This document shows positions 62,019-64,000 of a DNA stretch of 64,000 bases, in pieces. Where the stretch lies: contig NW_026781915.1 in assembly GCF_031769215.1 (NCBI RefSeq), forward strand, positions 496,001 to 560,000, written 5' to 3'. Every line of letters starts with the position of its first letter. Positions within the stretch are counted from its first letter, which is position 1. Under the pieces are notes generated by a model, which was not told where the DNA came from, searched no databases, and saw only the letters and a program-made list of their open reading frames with translations. Position numbers and translations under genes: made by a program. Origin of the DNA: Ylistrum balloti. Its lineage: Eukaryota.

Positions 62019-62762
62019 GTAAGTGTATGTTTTACATTTCGTTACTTTCACATTGAATGATTGTGATGGCCATCCTATTTTCTTATTTAAAAAAAATAAA
62101 AATCATCATTTGGATTTTCTTTCTATGTCGTCAACCCCCGGGCCATCTTCAGCTGTTTGATATTGTGCCACAAGGATGGGTTAAAACAATGAAGAAAGAT
62201 ACTAAATCATATGTTATTTAAGTACATAAGTAGATTTTGTTAGTTAGACGGATCAAAGTTCTGCAACAGTACAGCGGTTGAGGAGAGTTAAAATTATTTT
62301 CCAATGCACAACAAAAGACTTACTAGGAACCTATGCTATCGTTCGTGAAAATTATAAAATTACTACTGAGTAATGAGCATCGTTCCTAGGATGCAATGTT
62401 AACGTCAAGCCCTTTCACTAAAATTAGATTTAATACAATATTTAAACATTGTTTTCTATGCGAGTCTTTAGTCTATTAAGGTTGTCAGATTTATATAAAA
62501 GATGTGGTATTTTATCATCACAAGGGGTAAAGATTCATGATAATCTCTGTTGCATTGCAGACTTATAAATAAACAATGGATCACATATTTCTGTGTTTTT
62601 TAGTATGACTACTTTGATTAATCAAACCCTGTCTCCTTTATTCCAGCTAAGAGGATACAAACATTTCACCATATATTTGAAATACAAAAGGTTTCATTCC
62701 CTTCTTTTTTCCAACCAAAAACAAGAACATAGAAACATATCTGAATAACTACATCTGTAATT

Positions 62763-63126
62763 GTAATACCTCCACTAGGATTTGAACATGGATCCTTTAG
62801 CTTACTACTTTTATGCTCACCCAGTCAAGCTGAAGAGAAGTTCTCACTGGCCATGTGGTATATTTTAGCTAATATTTACCAGGGTTTACAACAATGCTTA
62901 TAGGGCATGGCTAAGAGTTATTCATGAGTCTCTTCATGATGGGCACTAATCAATGAAACTAAAGTAATTTATTTCAATGCGTCAGCAAGAATTAAAATGC
63001 ATGACCTCTGTCTTACTAGCTGCAATTCCCTGCTTGCCTAGGGGGAAAAAATCTATTTTACTTTATCGGTTGAGCATCAGAATAGTAAGCCAGAGGTCCC
63101 AGATTTAAATCATATTTGGGGCATTG
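62763..63126. mobile_element. Inverted pair of degenerate tRNA-like SINE heads
   Basis: 62763-62848 and 63040-63126 are imperfect reverse complements of each other. Each has A-box-like (tt/gtgagcat) and B-box-like (g.tt.aaatc) remnants. Confidence 0.55.
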
Positions 63127-64000
63127 AAATAAATGAATACATCCGGTACTCTTCACATTATATAATTATTTGCCATATAGAGGTTATTCTATCAAAATCA
63201 CATCTCAGCATTTAATTTAATCAATTATGCCTTTATATTTGATATGAAATGCCACATCATGGTAAGGTCAAAGTATATATAAGGAGGTATAAGTGTATGC
63301 TATAAATATTGATAGGACGATGATTGGATGTAATTGATCTTCTAATTGTTTAACCTTATCTGATGCAATGATTGATTGTTATTTTTTCACAAATCATGAT
63401 CATTACCTTAATATTTTCTTGTATTTTAGCAAAATTAAAATTCATATTATGGATAATAAAGATGAAAATTGCCAATAATATTCATTCTTAAGTTAAATTT
63501 AGGTAATTGAAGCATTTTAGGTTGAAGTTACAAAAAAAAAAGAAAATATCTTTGGCTCAGAGAATCATACACTTTTCCAAAATATTGAACACACAGTTTG
63601 TTGCTTCTGTAATCAATTAACTATATCGAAAAGTTGATTTTAACTGATAACTGATTATGAATTTAACTGATTACCCACTTGTAATGAAACTTGCTGCATC
63701 ATATCAGTTTGAAGAAAAGGTGAAATGTACTGCACAGTAATGGTCCATAGTGAAGCAAAAATTCTTGAATTAAACATTAGATAATTGTAACATCAAGTTT
63801 ATATGATGTAAACAATGTTTTTGCATTGCTACAGAAAGTTTATGAATTTAACTTTAAATACTTTGGTATCATGATTTGATATATGGACCTATAGAGATGG
63901 AAGCATTAGTCATTTTTTAAAATTATTGTTCTGATAAGTACACAACAAATGTTGTTTATATATTTATTATCATGTTCATAGGGAAATGGCTTCTTTCATG

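Noticed and set aside
62770-63120. Functional tRNA genes
   Set aside because: The A and B boxes and the stems are degenerate and no cloverleaf can be drawn, so these were treated as SINE-derived.

Overview
AT-rich, intron-rich animal genomic DNA. The repeat families point to a bivalve mollusc, which is an inference. I built six protein-coding genes by hand from splice signals and reading-frame continuity. (1) The last three exons of glucosylceramide synthase UGCG (+). (2) A 4-exon TauD/TfdA-family Fe(II)/2-oxoglutarate dioxygenase (-). (3) A roughly 18-exon DLGAP5/HURP gene (-) with a CDE/CHR + CCAAT + E2F G2/M-type promoter. (4, 5) A tandem pair of related, secreted ~230-250 aa proteins (+) whose motifs, size and intron phases fit long-chain four-helix (class I / Unpaired / IL-6-like) cytokines. 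(6) An F-box/LRR gene (+). The window also holds a 5'-truncated CR1-type LINE, Penelope-like and Tc1 relics, many non-autonomous pearl/HINE-like elements, tRNA-derived SINE fragments and nine unrelated minisatellites. A decayed coding-like stretch with Mab-21/cGAS-like motifs lies just upstream of the cytokine pair. The most interesting signal is the candidate helical-cytokine duplet, which the ORF track shows only as disconnected fragments. All gene models and family assignments were made by eye, without database searches.
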